A stretch of DNA of 64,000 nucleotides from Eledone cirrhosa (taxonomy: Eukaryota). Numbering within the stretch: the stretch's first letter is position 1; each line of letters begins with the position of its first letter. Positions 1-13,566 of this stretch are shown here, in pieces. The stretch lies in assembly GCA_964016885.1 (NCBI GenBank), contig OZ024743.1, forward strand, positions 180,296,001 to 180,360,000. Direction: 5' to 3'. The position numbers and the translations under genes are program-made. The notes below the pieces were generated by a model. The model did no database searches. It was not told the origin of the DNA and was given only the letters and a program-made list of their open reading frames with translations.

Positions 1-899
1 TAGAGGTGGGAGTGTTGGGAGTGGTAGTGGGAAGGGTGGCATTGTAGATTATTGGAGTTGCTTCTCCTTTGTTATGTTTTGTTTTGTATTTTATAGTTTT
101 CTTTGTTGGGTGTGAGGTGTAAATGGGGTGATTAGAAGTGTTTCGTTTGTTGTGGCTTTTACGTGAGTTTCATACACATATATAAATATGTATTCATATA
201 AACATATATACACACACGTATATATATACCTACATACATTCAACAGAGTAAGAAGGAAGCTTGGCAGCAGGTTTGCTTATGTTGTAAGGTCAGTGACTTT
301 AGTCACTTGTGTGTGTGTAAATGTTGTGGTGTGGAGAGAGTGGGCGTAAATATGTTGGAGGGAGCAGATAATTGTATCTCTTTCATCTGACCATTTTCTT
401 TTCAAATTTGAAATTTGGCCATGTTTGATTAAAATGCATTAGGATATAAATGAAATGTAAACCCTTGGCTGTTGCAGCCGGTGTCACTGGCCATCGACCG
501 GGGTAATGCTTTTGCCTTCTTGTCCGCGGGGCGCAGCACTTCTGCTCCTTGGCCCTAGGCCCAAAGCCCAATCACCCCCACCCCTCCTCACCCCCTCTAT
601 TCTGAACACCAGAGCTCTTGTCATCCCTTCCCTTTCCAGTTCTTTTTCTTAGTTTTTCTTTTTTTTCTATATTTCTCTATTCTTTCCTTCCTTTTGTTTC
701 CCCCCTTTTTTTCTTACTAAATAAGGTTTGTTTTTTGCTTTTGAATAAATTCATTTATTAGGTGATTTAAATGTAAACACTGGTATTAAAAGGATAAGAC
801 GTTACAAGTCTGCAAGAGAAAAGATTCGAAATTTTAAGTTGTTTTAAAGTGTTATTTTGTGTTGTTTTTTTTTTCGTTTTTTTTTATAACGGGTCATAA

Positions 900-3800
900 G
901 GTACCCACCTGGGCCCCAAGGAAGCGGGACTTTTCAATATTCGGGCTTTAAGAACGAATTTTACAAACAAGACGTGGAAATTAATTAGACACGAGAAATC
1001 CTGGGCCGATCTAACCATCCCGGACGAAGCAGTAGCGGGAATTCAGAGGATGACTTCAAATTTCCGATATATTTCAGTGCTGACTCGCAATGGAGAACTC
1101 GCCAGCCAGGCAGAAGTCGAGGCTGCTTTAGAATGCATCAAAGATGATATTGAATACAAGGCAAGGGCCAGACAGTTCGGTACCATCTCGGTACTGTTCA
1201 AAATCGAGGCCCTTGTTATTAAGCATTCTGTGGCCCTCTACTGAATGAAATGCATCATTATATACCCGTCCTACATCTGCAAAAGAAAAGCGAAGGCCTG
1301 CATTCCTAGGATCCCACCAGGAATGAACCTATGGTAGTTCCAGGGATGCGTAATCGAGGACGGTACCGACACTACCCTCGTAGATATCAAAAAGACTGAC
1401 AGAGAGGACTGGTCCAAGATGGATTTGGAGATTCTTCACCAAATAAAACCAGAAGAAATAAATAACATCCCGAACTTTGTCCGCCTCAGGACGGGTCAAG
1501 GATTCAGTTGATTACTGGGATAAGAAGACCGCACTGCTTCGTCTGCAGTGAAGCAACGCATCTGCGAGCCTTATGCCCTCAACTCAAAAAGTTGGGGTCG
1601 CAAACCTCCTTTACTGCCAACGCCAGTGCCGGGACGGAAAATTCCAGCAACACTGCCACCAACAACCCCACCAACAGCAAAAACAGTCGAACCACCACGA
1701 ACACCAAAACTAACCCAGGGCGGAAATGAGGAAAGCTCTCCCACACGCTTTCCTCCTCAAAATATACAAACACATGGACAAAAACATATACGCACACACA
1801 GACACAGATACACTTACAGCCACAGACGTGTCATCTTCCATTAGTGAAGATGAGGGAAAATCCAAATCCGCCAAAGAGCAAACACACAAGAAAAAGCCCC
1901 ACAAAGCACAAAAACACCCACAACAAAAGATGCAGACACCACCAACGTACGCACTTCCCCCAATACAACCAACAACACCAACACCCCACCACCACCACCA
2001 TCGCCCAATCCCCCAAACGCAAACAACCTAAACAGACACAAGAACAAATAAACACACAGATACCTGGAATTGCAGATACCACACCTACAACAAACACAAA
2101 CACATCCGAAACAACACCAACACCCCCACCACCACCACCATCGCCCAATCCCCCAAACGCAAACAACCTAAACAGACACAAGAACAAATAAACACACAGA
2201 TACCTGGAATTGCAGATACCACACCTACAACAAACACAAACACATCCGAAACAACACCAAGAAAGCCATCACCACCACAGTCCCCCAATACGAAAGCAAA
2301 TAAAACCGCACCAACAAAAAATTGAAAAAAGTTGGTGCTTGTCAGAAAGGGCCAACGAGAATTGATGACCCTTGTAGCACGAAGCGAAAATTTCAAACAG
2401 AGGGGAGGGTTGAATCGAGCACATTTGGCGTGCCAGAAGATTTGGTCTCCGATCTTCTCGAAGCGCTCTACTGCAACTGGCAGCAGAACGGGAGTATTCC
2501 CGGCTCTGTGAGCCGGGGCGTAATGACGCTGATAAGGAAAGATGAGAACAAGAATGATACATTAGATAACTTCAGGCCCATAACTTTGCACAACACAGAG
2601 TTTAAGATTTTGGCCAAGGTGTTAGCGAAGTGGTTGGCACCTGTCGTCGAAGATTTGGTTGGTGAGGCGCAAACTTGCGCAATCCCGACCAGGTCCATAC
2701 ACGACAACCTCCACCTCATGCGATACATCATAGAGAGGGTAGGGTGTAAAGCTGGCTTCGGTGGGGCTCTGATCAATTTAGATCAATCAAAAGCATTCGA
2801 TAGGGTTACCATGGGTGCCTGGATGCTATCCTCAAGTCAACTGGTTTAAGCCCCGTCTTCAGAAGCTGGATCGCTGCAATGCACAGTGGCATCTGCTCGG
2901 TGGTCAAAGTTAATAACCACCTTTCGGAACCGTGGCAGAACTTCTGTACGTATTGGCCCTCGAGTCTTTACTGCGGAAGCTGGATCTTTTGCAGGGCATC
3001 CCGCTCGAACCGGGACGCGGAAAGGCTGTGTCGGCTTATGCGGATGGCATCACCGTGATTGTGTCGGACACCTCGAAAATCGAGATGGTCGGCCCCTAAT
3101 TGGAGGAATATAAAAGGTTGATGGAGCGAAATTTAACCCGGAAAAGTCAGTGGGCTTGAAGCTCGGTACCTGGAGAGGCAAGCCCATGCAGTCCAACAGA
3201 GTCATTAGGCGCTGGACGGACGGACCGATAAAGTTACTCGGGGTTTGGTTCAGAGATCGCCAAGAGGATAAGAATTGGGATGAGGTGACGATCAAAGCAG
3301 CCACTCTCACCCAGAAATGGGCTGCGTGGAAGCTGTCACTGAAAGATCGAATGGAGGTGGTGAATGCGTACATCACGCCCGTCATCTACTACCGCCTGGC
3401 CGTCGTGCCTTGCTAAGTTGGAACAGCTCCTCGTCAACTTCTTGTAGAGGGGACAGGTTCCATTGGTGAGGCGATCCATCTGCTGCCACTGAAACTTCCA
3501 CTCTAGAGTTGTATAGAGGATTAGTGGTGGGCAAGTGCGATGACGCACACGGAGATGCTCTGGACGTCGACAAAGTCGAACTAACCAGTCTGTTCAGGAG
3601 GACTTTCGAGCCGGGGACTATGGATAACTTCCAAAAATCTCTCGCTTGGCAGTGCTACCGGGGGGCACCGCCGGTTCGAGATAAACTTTACAGGCACGTA
3701 AATGCTCTCAGACGGACCTGTCCGAGATGCGCGCAGAGCGACGAAACCGTTCTGAACGCACTCGTCCAGTGTCCGTGCATTACTGACTTGTGGAGTTATG

Positions 3801-4407
3801 TCGAACAGCTGTTGTCTCGTGTAGAACGGATCCGGCTATCGGCCGAGTTCATAGTGAAAATTGGACCACCACCTTCTTTTGGCCAAGAAGGGCAGGCAAT
3901 TTTCCTCTGTCGAATGGCAATAGTGAAAGAGGTTGTATGGTGGACGAAGGTGAAAGGACTTAAGACAGACACTTTTCTCTTCGGCCAATCCCTCATCAAC
4001 TTTTTCAAGTTTCATTTGGAAAGGAAGGTGAGGGTGGAGAGAGAAGTACTGCCCCCCAGTACATTTGCTGAAAGGTGGGTGAATGTGGCAAGAATTGCCC
4101 GTGTGAGTGGGTCTATATTGATCATGCGCCTGTGGGTGAGTGAATTTAAGGAGGAGAGAGGTGCCCTTCCTTTCCTTGGTGCCCTCGAAGCGCCGAATGG
4201 TTCAGGATTTGTGGGGTACCTGAGTCAAACCTCGGTGGTTATTTCCCCTATTGGGTAATTTGTATTTTTCTTGTTATTTTGATATTGTTTATATTTTTAC
4301 AAGTTATATATGTAAACCCCCACTGTCCCTGCCTAATCTATCGTCCCCTATATGTCGGCCCTTGTGGCCAATAAATGAAACCATTAGTAGTAGTAGTAGT
4401 AGTAGTA
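900..4407 (+). mobile_element. Degenerate L1/Tx1-clade non-LTR retrotransposon (ORF1 zinc knuckle, RT, C-terminal zinc finger), endonuclease region missing
   Basis: ORF 1508..1729 has a CX2CX4HX4C knuckle (CFVCSEATHLRALC). 2322..2849 has RT motifs NFRPITLHNTEFKILAKVLA, QTCAIPTRSIHDNL and INLDQSKAFDRV. 3150..3416 has IKLLGVWF. 3509..4258 has CPRCAQSDETVLNALVQC. AATAAA near 4370 is followed by a (TAG)n tail. Many stops and frameshifts; 5' boundary approximate. Confidence 0.85.
1970..2260 (+). repeat. 140-bp tandem duplication inside the L1/Tx1 ORF1 low-complexity region
   Basis: TCGCCCAATCCCCCAAACGC at 2001 and 2141, with identity continuing through the unit. Confidence 0.9.
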
Positions 4408-4572
4408 CCTCAGTAATGGCGCCAGTAGAGAATACTAAACTATATCGATTTATTTACATTAACTAGTTATATAGTGAAAATCATATGGTGCGTGTATCTT
4501 TTATTAGCAATGGTAGCAACATGACCATCCCAAAATGTAACACCATGTATGTCTCTCTCTCTCTCTCTCTCT

Positions 4573-4638
<66 letters not shown>

Positions 4639-4678
4639 GATATTAAACAAATGGAAATTACATTTATAAAACCATATT

Positions 4679-4744
4679 TATTTCATTATATATATTTCAG
4701 GGATATCATATTAAAAATATGGTATGCCCTCTTCCGACAAAATA
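4679..4744 (-). ncRNA. Hammerhead ribozyme motif, inverted copy with mutated core (CGGAAGA)
   Basis: Reverse complement of 8577..8642 with U4->G in the core. Confidence 0.6.
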
Positions 4745-5162
4745 CAATATATAGACAGTTTTATAAATAAATTTGACATACCTTAGAGTTTACAACTTCC
4801 ATTTAAAAAGTTGTTACGGTAGTGAAAATGTTAAGGACGGTTAGAAAGAAAGACGGAGAAAAAAAAAATGAAAAAAGGAAAAAGAAAAAGAAGGAGAAAA
4901 GAAAAAAAGAAAAAGAAAGAGCGGAAGGTGAAGAAGATGAAGAAATGTATGTAAAGGGAAAACCACCAAATGAGAGATCTATGAGGGAAGGGGGTACTGT
5001 AATTATTCATTTGTTTATTTATTTATTTAGTGTTAAGGATACGGGGAGAAATAAAAACAAAAATAAATAAGGAGAGGTAGATCGAGTAATATCTATTATA
5101 CGAGGTGGGAGAGATAGGGGAGGGGTGATATACAGGAGATGGAGTTAAAACAGCCGATATAA

Positions 5163-7247
5163 TACAAATGAAAATGTCTCAGACTTAGATAAAGTTTTCA
5201 AATCTAAAAAAAATCCACCCCCCAACAAACTTTTAATTGATTTTGAAAACGATATAATCTCTATCATACAAGGAGTCAAATTCAAGAGAAACTTCAAAGG
5301 CCAGGAATATCTGAAAAGCATTAAGGATAATATTGTGAGCTTAGAGAGAACAGAGAAGATCTTGGTGAAATCGGACAAAACCAACAACCTCTATGGACTG
5401 GATAAAAACATGTATAATGGCCTCATACTGAAAGAACTAAGGAAAAAGTACAAGGTAGCAGATAAGGCTGAACTTGAGAAAATGAACGTTGAGGCATCTT
5501 GTATAATGCATGAGTTGGAAATTGAGAACAAAACACAACCTTTCTTGCCCAGGAAACCCAAGATCAATATGAAAGATCACAAAAGAAATTTTGAAGACGA
5601 CTTGCCAGTCAGTTTGATCGCACCATCAAAATCTGACCTGGGTAAACTTAGCAAAAACATTCTAGACAGGGTGATAGAGCAAATTAAGAACTCGAATTGT
5701 TCACCTAACTTAAGTTTGTGGAAGGGAACTGGAGAGGTTATTGAGTGGTTCAAAGAAATTAAATATAACAATAATAATAAATTTATTCAACTAGATATTG
5801 CTAACTACTATTCATCTATTACCCCTAACCTACTAAATAAGGCACTAAATTATGCATTCAAACATACAGACCTAACTAGCAATGAAATGCACATTATACT
5901 ATCGGCGAGAAAAACATTGATAGAATTTAATAACCAACTATGGACTAGGGCAGATAGGGATAGCAATTTTGACATTACTATGGGATCATCTGACTCAGCT
6001 CAGGTAACAGACCTTGTGGGCCTATTTATAATTAATTCGCTGCATATGAAAATACCCGGTGCTACCGGAGGATTATATCGGGATGACATGCTTTTACTTA
6101 TTGAAAATACTAACTCTGAACTAAATAGAAAAAGAAAACAAATTATATAATTTTTTAATTACCTTAATCTAAAAATAGAAATTGAGAATAACCATAGAAT
6201 AGTCAATTTCCTAGATGTAACATTAAATCTCAACACATGTCTTCACTATCCATTTCACAAGTTAAATGAAAACTTGAATTATGTCAACTTTAACTCCAAC
6301 CACCCCAGATCTGTTAAAAAAATACTATAGTGAACTCTGTTCAAAAACGTATCTCTAGAATCTCATCTAATAAAAATATTTTCGACCAAAAAGCCCACTA
6401 TTACAATGAAGCGTTAGCTAGAGCAGGATATAGTGATAAAATTATGTACATCGATAATAATAGACAAACTAACCAATATAACAACAATTTTAATTACGGT
6501 AACAACTTTAACAACTATAATAGAATGAATTACAATAATTCCAAAAACCAGAAAAGGAATAGAACTAGAAACATAATTTGGTTTGCCCCCCTTTCCTCAC
6601 TAAACATTAAAACCCACATCGCTAAACTATTTTTTAATGCTCTTGACAAACGCTTCCCTAGAACACATAAGTATCACTCAATTTTCAATAGACATACTAT
6701 AAAATTAACCTACTCGTCCACCAAAAATTTAGCACAAAATATTAATAGAATAAATAATAGAAATCTAAAACCTAGCCAAAATACCGATAATAGCATAAAC
6801 AATATTCAAGTAAACAACTGTAACTGTAGAGATAGATCTAAATGCCCGTTAAATAACAATTGCTTAGTTAAAAATATAATATACAACTGTAATGTTAAAA
6901 CTGACTTAAATTCTTTTAATTATGTTGGTTCCACCTCGACAGAATTTAAACTTCGCTATAATAATCACAAGAATTATTTCACAGATCCAAACAAAAAATC
7001 TTCAACATCACTATCAGGCTTACTCTGGCAACTTAAACATGATAACGTTGGATATTCGACGGTTTGGAATATAGTCTCAAGAGGGATTCCTTTTAATTCC
7101 TCCTCTGAGACATGTGACCTCTGCGCAGAGGAGATATTCTTTATACTAAAATCTAAAAATTCCCTTAATTTACGGACCAATTTATTCAGTTGCTGCAGAC
7201 ATAGATTGAACTCAACTTTTAAATATAAATATAAGTTTAAAATGTAA
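5163..7247 (+). pseudogene. PLE-A RT + GIY-YIG endonuclease ORF, 5'-truncated, one stop (6148-6150) and one frameshift (A-run ~6316-6322)
   Basis: VKSDKTNNLY, FIQLDIANYYSSI, FDITMGSSDSAQV, GLYRDDML, VNFLDVTLNL, SNHP, CNCRDRSKCPLNNNC, IIY...YVGSTSTEFKLRYNNH, CDLCAEE...LNLR...CRH. Confidence 0.9.
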
Positions 7248-8576
7248 TATATTTACTTAAGACTTTTAATTATTTTAGAAAACTTGGCGATAAATCTTTC
7301 GATTCCTTCAATTCTTTAAACCTTCCTCATGAATATATAATTAATAATGTAATTAAACTACCTTAAAACGGTGATGATCCAAATCTATTGAATAAAATAT
7401 TTAAGCTAGATAAACTTCTAGAATAAATATAAGAGCATCTGTAGAGCAACCGAATATCCTAAAGTTTTTTTTTTTTTTTATGATTTCTGCTAAATAAGTT
7501 TGGTGAATAATTTTGGTTTTGTTTGCTTTTGACTCTGATTGCTTCTAATAAACTTGGCAATATTGTCAAATAAATTGGAGGGATTGATTGATATGCTGGG
7601 CACACTGTGTTTTTATTTCTGGGGAGAAAAATATTCTTGGCGTTTTTAATATTTTAATATATTGATATCTGTTCTATTCTATGCTTGTACGATAATCATG
7701 TAAGAAAGGGCAAGAATATTATTATTATTAATAATGTATATTTTATGTATATATATATGTATGTACACTTATGTGTATGGTAAAATCTTTTTAACGCAAT
7801 GAAGATTTCCATGTGAAATAAAAATTTACAGAGCTGATCATGTAAACTCACATGTGTCTATAATGTCAGTTTGAGATAACCTTCTCTTTTTCTTTCTCTT
7901 TTTCTCTTTTTTCATGAAAATACATATATACCTATATATTCCAGTATTTTTTGAGATTTTATCTCAGATTTTGATTATAAACCTATGAATTTTTAAGATA
8001 AACATAGAGTCACTATTTTTTCACACATTATTGATATGTGTCTCATTCATGAATATTGATGTTTACATTATAATTCATAGGAATTGATAGACTGATGAAA
8101 CATAATATTTTAAAACTATCATTTTTGTTTCTAAGTATATCTCCTCTCCTCCTACCTCTACTCTTATATCGGCTGTTTTAACTCCATCTCCTGTATATCA
8201 CCCCTCCCCTATCTCTCCCACCTCGTATAATAGATATTACTCGATCTACCTCTCATTTATTTTTGTTTTTATTTCTCCCCGTATCCTTAACACTAAATAA
8301 ATAAATAAACAAATGAATAATTACAGTACCCCCTTCCCTCATAGATCTCTCATTTGGTGGTTTTCCCTTTACATACATTTCTTCATCTTCTTCACCTTCC
8401 ACTCTTTCTTTTTCTTTTTTCTTTTCTCCTTCTTTTTCTTTTTCCTTTTTTCATTTTTTTTTCTCCGTCTTTCTTTCTAACCGTCCTCAACATTTTCACT
8501 ACCGTGACAACTTTTTAAATGGAAGTTGTAAACTCTAAGGTATGTCAAATTTATTTATAAAACTGTCTATATATTG

Positions 8577-8642
8577 TATTTTGTCTGAAGAGGGCATACC
8601 ATATTTTTAATATGATATCCCTGAAATATATATAATGAAATA
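8577..8642 (+). ncRNA. Type I hammerhead ribozyme in the PLE-A pLTR
   Basis: Stem I UAUUUUGU/AUGAAAUA, core CUGAAGA, stem II GGG...CCC with inner CAUAUU/AAUAUG, GAAA, palindromic stem III AUAUAUAU, AUA cleavage triplet. Confidence 0.75.
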
Positions 8643-8771
8643 AATATGGTTTTATAAATGTAATTTCCATTTGTTTAATATCGTAAAATACTCCAAAACC
8701 TGTTGAGTGCTTTTATATCAGTTATAAAATATTTACTCGTTGTAACCCAACATTTTAAATAAAACTTTTGC

Positions 8772-8822
<51 letters not shown>

Positions 8823-8949
8823 TATTTATACACAGACTTATATATATATATTATCAAGGCTAAATAGTGAGTCTTGTTACTCTGGAGTTTCGCCTGTTAA
8901 TTACAGAATCGTCAGACAAGAACAATTGTCTCTCGGTCTTCAAATACAT

Positions 8950-9099
8950 ACGTATATATATATATATATATGTGCGTGTGTGTATGTGTGTGCGCGCGCG
9001 TGTGTGTATGTGAGAGAGAGAGTGCGTGCGTGCGTGCGTGCGTACGTGCGTGCGTGTATGTGAGAGAGAGAGTGCGTGCGTGCGTGCGTGCGTGCGTGC

Positions 9100-9132
<33 letters not shown>

Positions 9133-9150
9133 TGTATGTGAGAGAGAGAG

Positions 9151-9203
<53 letters not shown>

Positions 9204-9211
9204 GTGCGCGT

Positions 9212-9243
<32 letters not shown>

Positions 9244-9245
9244 CC
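8950..9245. repeat. Compound (TA)n/(GCGT)n/(GT)n/(GA)n microsatellite
   Basis: Read directly from the sequence. Confidence 0.95.
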
Positions 9246-9294
9246 ATATATATTCTGTACCCAATAGTGTTTTCCTCGTTTTCTGTGTACATGC

Positions 9295-9370
9295 AGTATC
9301 GGTAGAGCGTCAGAAGCCATGCTTTGCAGCAAAGACTTACAGCCCTTTATGATCTGAGTTCAAAACCCAC
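9295..9370 (+). mobile_element. 5' part of a tRNA-derived SINE, cut off by PLE-B
   Basis: CAGTATCGGTAGAGCGTCAG...TCTGAGTTCAAA matches the head of the SINE copies at 29003, 31830 and 35258, then switches to PLE sequence. Confidence 0.75.
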
Positions 9371-11755
9371 TATTGCATGTGCAACCATTTTTCTTACCTG
9401 ATCATTGTTTTGGGGGGTCTGTATAGCTTTGGTCCACCCAATCCACCTTCCCATGGGAGTCTTTTTTTGCCATTGAGGTTATGGTGGGGGGGGGTTACCT
9501 CTTATAGGTCTACTGGGGCAGAAACGTCTAAGATCATGGCTGTCTAGGTAGTCAGTGTCGTAGGTAAGTCTAAGTAGGAGGCCCAGTTCGTCTGTGTCGA
9601 CGTCGCAGAACTCCACCTCACTCTCAATGATCATCTCCACACATCTTTTCACAGCAAAATCAATGTTAATGGATGGGTACAGTGACACCACATCCATGCA
9701 GCCTATTATGCAGTTGGATAGGTTCCTGTTTTTGTTGCACTCACTGATTCTGCTGAGGAGGTCCTCTGTACTGTCACATACATCTGGGGACATCTTGATT
9801 ATGGGGCGTATAACCATTGAGAGCAAATAGGAGATCCTGTAGTTACTAGCTATATTAGCTCCGCATACGGATCTTGTTGGTGGTCCTGTTGTCGTGTCGT
9901 CAACTGTCTTGTGGTCTTTGCGGAGCCCATACAAGGGTGGTATGCCATTGTTAGACGCCTGGAAGTTGTTGGCAGTGCGTCTGCTTGGTAAGAAAAATGG
10001 TCGCACATGCAATAGGGGCTAGTATCAAAACTACCCTAAAGGGCCACATATTTAAGTTCAACGAGAAGATCTACACCCAAAATGAGGGAGCAGCCATTGG
10101 CGTCAGCATAGCAGGTGATGTTGCCAACCTTTTCATGGTATGGTGGGAAAGGAGACTTAAAGATCTCCTTAATGAGAGCTCCATAGACCTCATCATGTAC
10201 TGTCGTTATGTAGACGATATCAATATAGTTATAAGAACATCCCCACTAGAAAGCAATAACAAGTTTGATTTAGAACGTAGCACGATGGAAAGCATCCATC
10301 AGATAGCTAATTCCATACACCAGAGTATAACTGTAACTATCGACTCCCCTTCCAAACACCCTAACAATAGACTACCTGTATTAGACACAGAACTCTGGAT
10401 TAACACTATAGACGAGAGAGCCAAAATTCTCCACTCACACTATGCTAAACCCATGGCCTCCAAATACCTGATACTCAAAAACTCAGCGTATACAAAGTCA
10501 GAGTATACGAAGGAGCCATGGAAAAGTATAAGACCCTCATAGAACTGGACATGAAAGGAATTTGCCCATTATACAGGAGCAAATCATGGAATAGCTTAGA
10601 GAGGGCTAGACATAAGATAGGGAAAGCCACCTCATGGTACGACAACCAGAGATACCAGAGTGTCATGTTTGTGGACGCCACCCCTGGAGGGAAATTAGCT
10701 AACCAGTGTAGAAAGGCCCTGAGAAAGACCCACTTAAAAATTAAGGTGGTAGAAAAACCAGGAACCACCATAAAATCCCTGATCAGCAAAACCTACCCTT
10801 TTAAGAAAACCCACTGTACCAATAGGAAGTGTATCATATGTAAGGTAAACCCCCGGATAAACTGTAAAACTAGAAACGTAGTCTATAGCATAAGATGTAC
10901 AGAGGGTACTTGCAGAAACATGACAACAACATACATAGGTGAGACAGCTCGTAGCATAGGTGAAAGGATAGACCAACACTGGGGGGAACTAAAAGGACGA
11001 AAAAACGGGTCAGTACTATACGAACATGCTAGACAACAACATGACGGTAACATAGACAACATAGAAATTAGAATAATATCTAAACATAGAAATGACCCAG
11101 CAGATAGGCAAATCAGAGAGGCCAGTGAAATAGAAATTAGAAGGCCAAGACTAAACAGAAAGAATGAATGGAATAACAACAACACCCAAACAAACAACAC
11201 TGACCTAAGAGAAGTATAAATAAGTAAATAAAATAAAATAAATAAATAAATAAATAAATAAATACATACACAAACACAATAACAACAAGCACATAAACAC
11301 ACACTAGTCACCCATCACACAGCAAACAAAACACTACACACACGCAAACGCATGCGCAAAGAAGACAAAATAAAATAAACAAACAAGCAAATAAATAAAT
11401 AAATATATAGACAGACTGAATAAAAATGGCGTAGACATATAATACAACAGGAGGAAACGATAACACCACTGACGATGTTGCAGATGTGCAACGAAAGATT
11501 TATGATAAACTATATATATGTGTTTGTGTCTATATTGTATCTGTATTATTTTTGACCGTCGGTCAGTCAATGGCAACATTGAGGACCGAGTAAGTTAGAT
11601 TACCGATATAAAAGACACAGAAGCGAGAAGCGAAAACTAACCAAACAGTGAGTGTGTTCTGTTATTAATTCTGGCAATATTACACAAATATGACCCTCCC
11701 CAAGTATAACAATATTTGTTTCGACACACGATTTCATATAAAAAACCTCGCAAAA

Positions 11756-11760
<5 letters not shown>
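9370..11760 (+). mobile_element. Penelope-like element PLE-B (Neptune-like Cys linker), 5'-truncated with inverted 5' segment
   Basis: Minus 9370..9985 encodes PPLYGLRKDHK, PTRSVCGA, MDVVSLYPSI. Plus 9987..11219 encodes EGAAIGVSIAGDVANLFM, YCRYVDD, LPVLD, CTNRKCIIC, VVYSIRC, YIGETARSIGER, RQIREASEI, LNRKNEW. A pLTR with HHR and a GACCCTCCCCAAGTATAACAATA end follow. Confidence 0.9.
11465..11506 (+). ncRNA. Minimal hammerhead ribozyme motif in the PLE-B pLTR
   Basis: ACCA-CUGACGA-U-GUUGCA(GAUG)UGCAAC-GAAA-GAUU-UA-UGAU; stems I and III imperfect. Confidence 0.65.
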
Positions 11761-11805
<45 letters not shown>

Positions 11806-11982
11806 ACATAAACAGAGAAAGCCTTAAGCGATACTCCGACCAACTCCATCTCACTCAACAAACATTAGGATATACCTAAGTTTTATCCCAATTTAGTGTT
11901 TGGGTGCTAACTAATTAGTATTTCGTGGATAGCTGGTTGTATTATTTTATATCAGCCATTATTAAATAAATATCTCTTTCCT

Positions 11983-12106
11983 TCCAGACGGCCGTTTCGT
12001 TATAAGATTTCTACAATTTGGGATAAATAATTTCCAGGTTATGTAGAAACTTGTATATAATACATAGTTTTATACACAAGAGGGCTCTTATAAACTCATC
12101 AATGGA
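11983..12106 (-). ncRNA. Type I hammerhead motif with large multibranched stem II (core C3->U)
   Basis: Minus strand: UCCA-UUGAUGA-GUUUAUAAGA...UCUUAUAAC-GAAA-CGGCCG-UC-UGGA, with two internal hairpins in stem II. Confidence 0.7.
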
Positions 12107-13566
12107 TGCTCAAGTAATATCGATATAAGAATTACATCGACATTAATAGAATAGTAATGGTCTCCCTCGGCGCTAAGAAGAGACTGGTAGATTAGAAAAT
12201 CCAGCAGTCCTCCCAAAGATAAAATACACGCTGTCCCCAAAAGGGTAAGGGGAGGTTATCTTAAAATAAAACAATATACACGCTGGTCATTTAAACCTGT
12301 TAGGTATTAACCACGTGTATAAGAACTCAATTAGATATTAAAAGAATAACTATGTTTACACAACCAATGCACACACAGAGATATTAAAACATAATAAATA
12401 CATGTATGGATCACCCATATACACACATAGCCATTCTCTAAGGCTAAATCAGACATGGGATACAAGGAAGATCAATCAGTATTTCATATAAAAAAAAATA
12501 ATAATAATAAAGAGAGTCATACCTTTATATCTGGAAATCATATCAGGCCACCCATATATATATATATATATATTGGTACAAATTCATAGGTGAAAGATCA
12601 AGGATAACAATGCTCAATGTGTTGGAAAGAGCTTATTTAGTATAAACAAACTTTCATACACTTAACATGTATGTGCTACTATTGGGTTCGGGGTCAAGTC
12701 ATGGCCACGACTGTATATTGGAGGAGGTGCTTTTAAACTGGACCTTTAATCGGACAATGTAAAGATATGAAAGGCAAAGTGATTGTCCCTTGACTAATCC
12801 TTCCTCCGAACCTTGGAGATCTTTACATTTGAAGCAGGGGAGGCAAATTTTGCTTGAAAACTGTCTGTAGACAAATTTTTCAAAGTGTCTAGGTTTTTTT
12901 TATCTAGTGGCTAACGGAAACGACTCATCAATTCATCAGGTATTTTGTAAATAGCTAAAGTTATTAAGTTAAGTTATTAAATATACACGTACACATAAAC
13001 GGGAACATACATACACGCACACATATAATTAATATTAAATATTTAAAAAACAGACATCCATGTTAAGATGGTTGCATTCTAAATGATCATCAGAAAGATG
13101 TGTCTGAGAAGTCTGCCCACAGGATCCTCTCAAAGTGGCTGTAAGTAAAGAATGAAAAGAAGAAAATATATACATATATACTGTTAGATATTTGTCTCAC
13201 ATGTCATGTAATTGACATATACATTGATTCAATAATATATAATATATTGGATTTCCTTGGATATGTGATACTGTCATTTTAAAGAGTTACTTACATGGCC
13301 TGGAACAGAATTATATTATAAAAACTATTAATAATTCATTATTAATGTATTTTCCTCTCCAGGCAATTATTTCTTAATGGCTATTTAATGTTCGATGCAT
13401 TAAATATATAAACACTAACATAACTATGGATTTCCTCTATATTACCAATGTGTTCTTTAAAGTACATATCTTTATAACATAATTTCTGGCATCAAACGTA
13501 CAAAATGTAAGTTAAGTATAACATTTATGTCATGTAAGTAGCAGCTAAAAGAGAGCAGAGATGTTT

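Larger units (their letters stand above)
4637..8771 (+). mobile_element. Penelope-like element PLE-A with inverted ~525-bp pLTR copy at its 5' end, inserted in (TA)n
   Basis: 4637..5162 is the reverse complement of 8164..8684. An RT/GIY-YIG ORF relic lies between them. An ~85-bp tail (8685..8771) is present only on the 3' arm. (TA)n on both sides. Confidence 0.9.
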
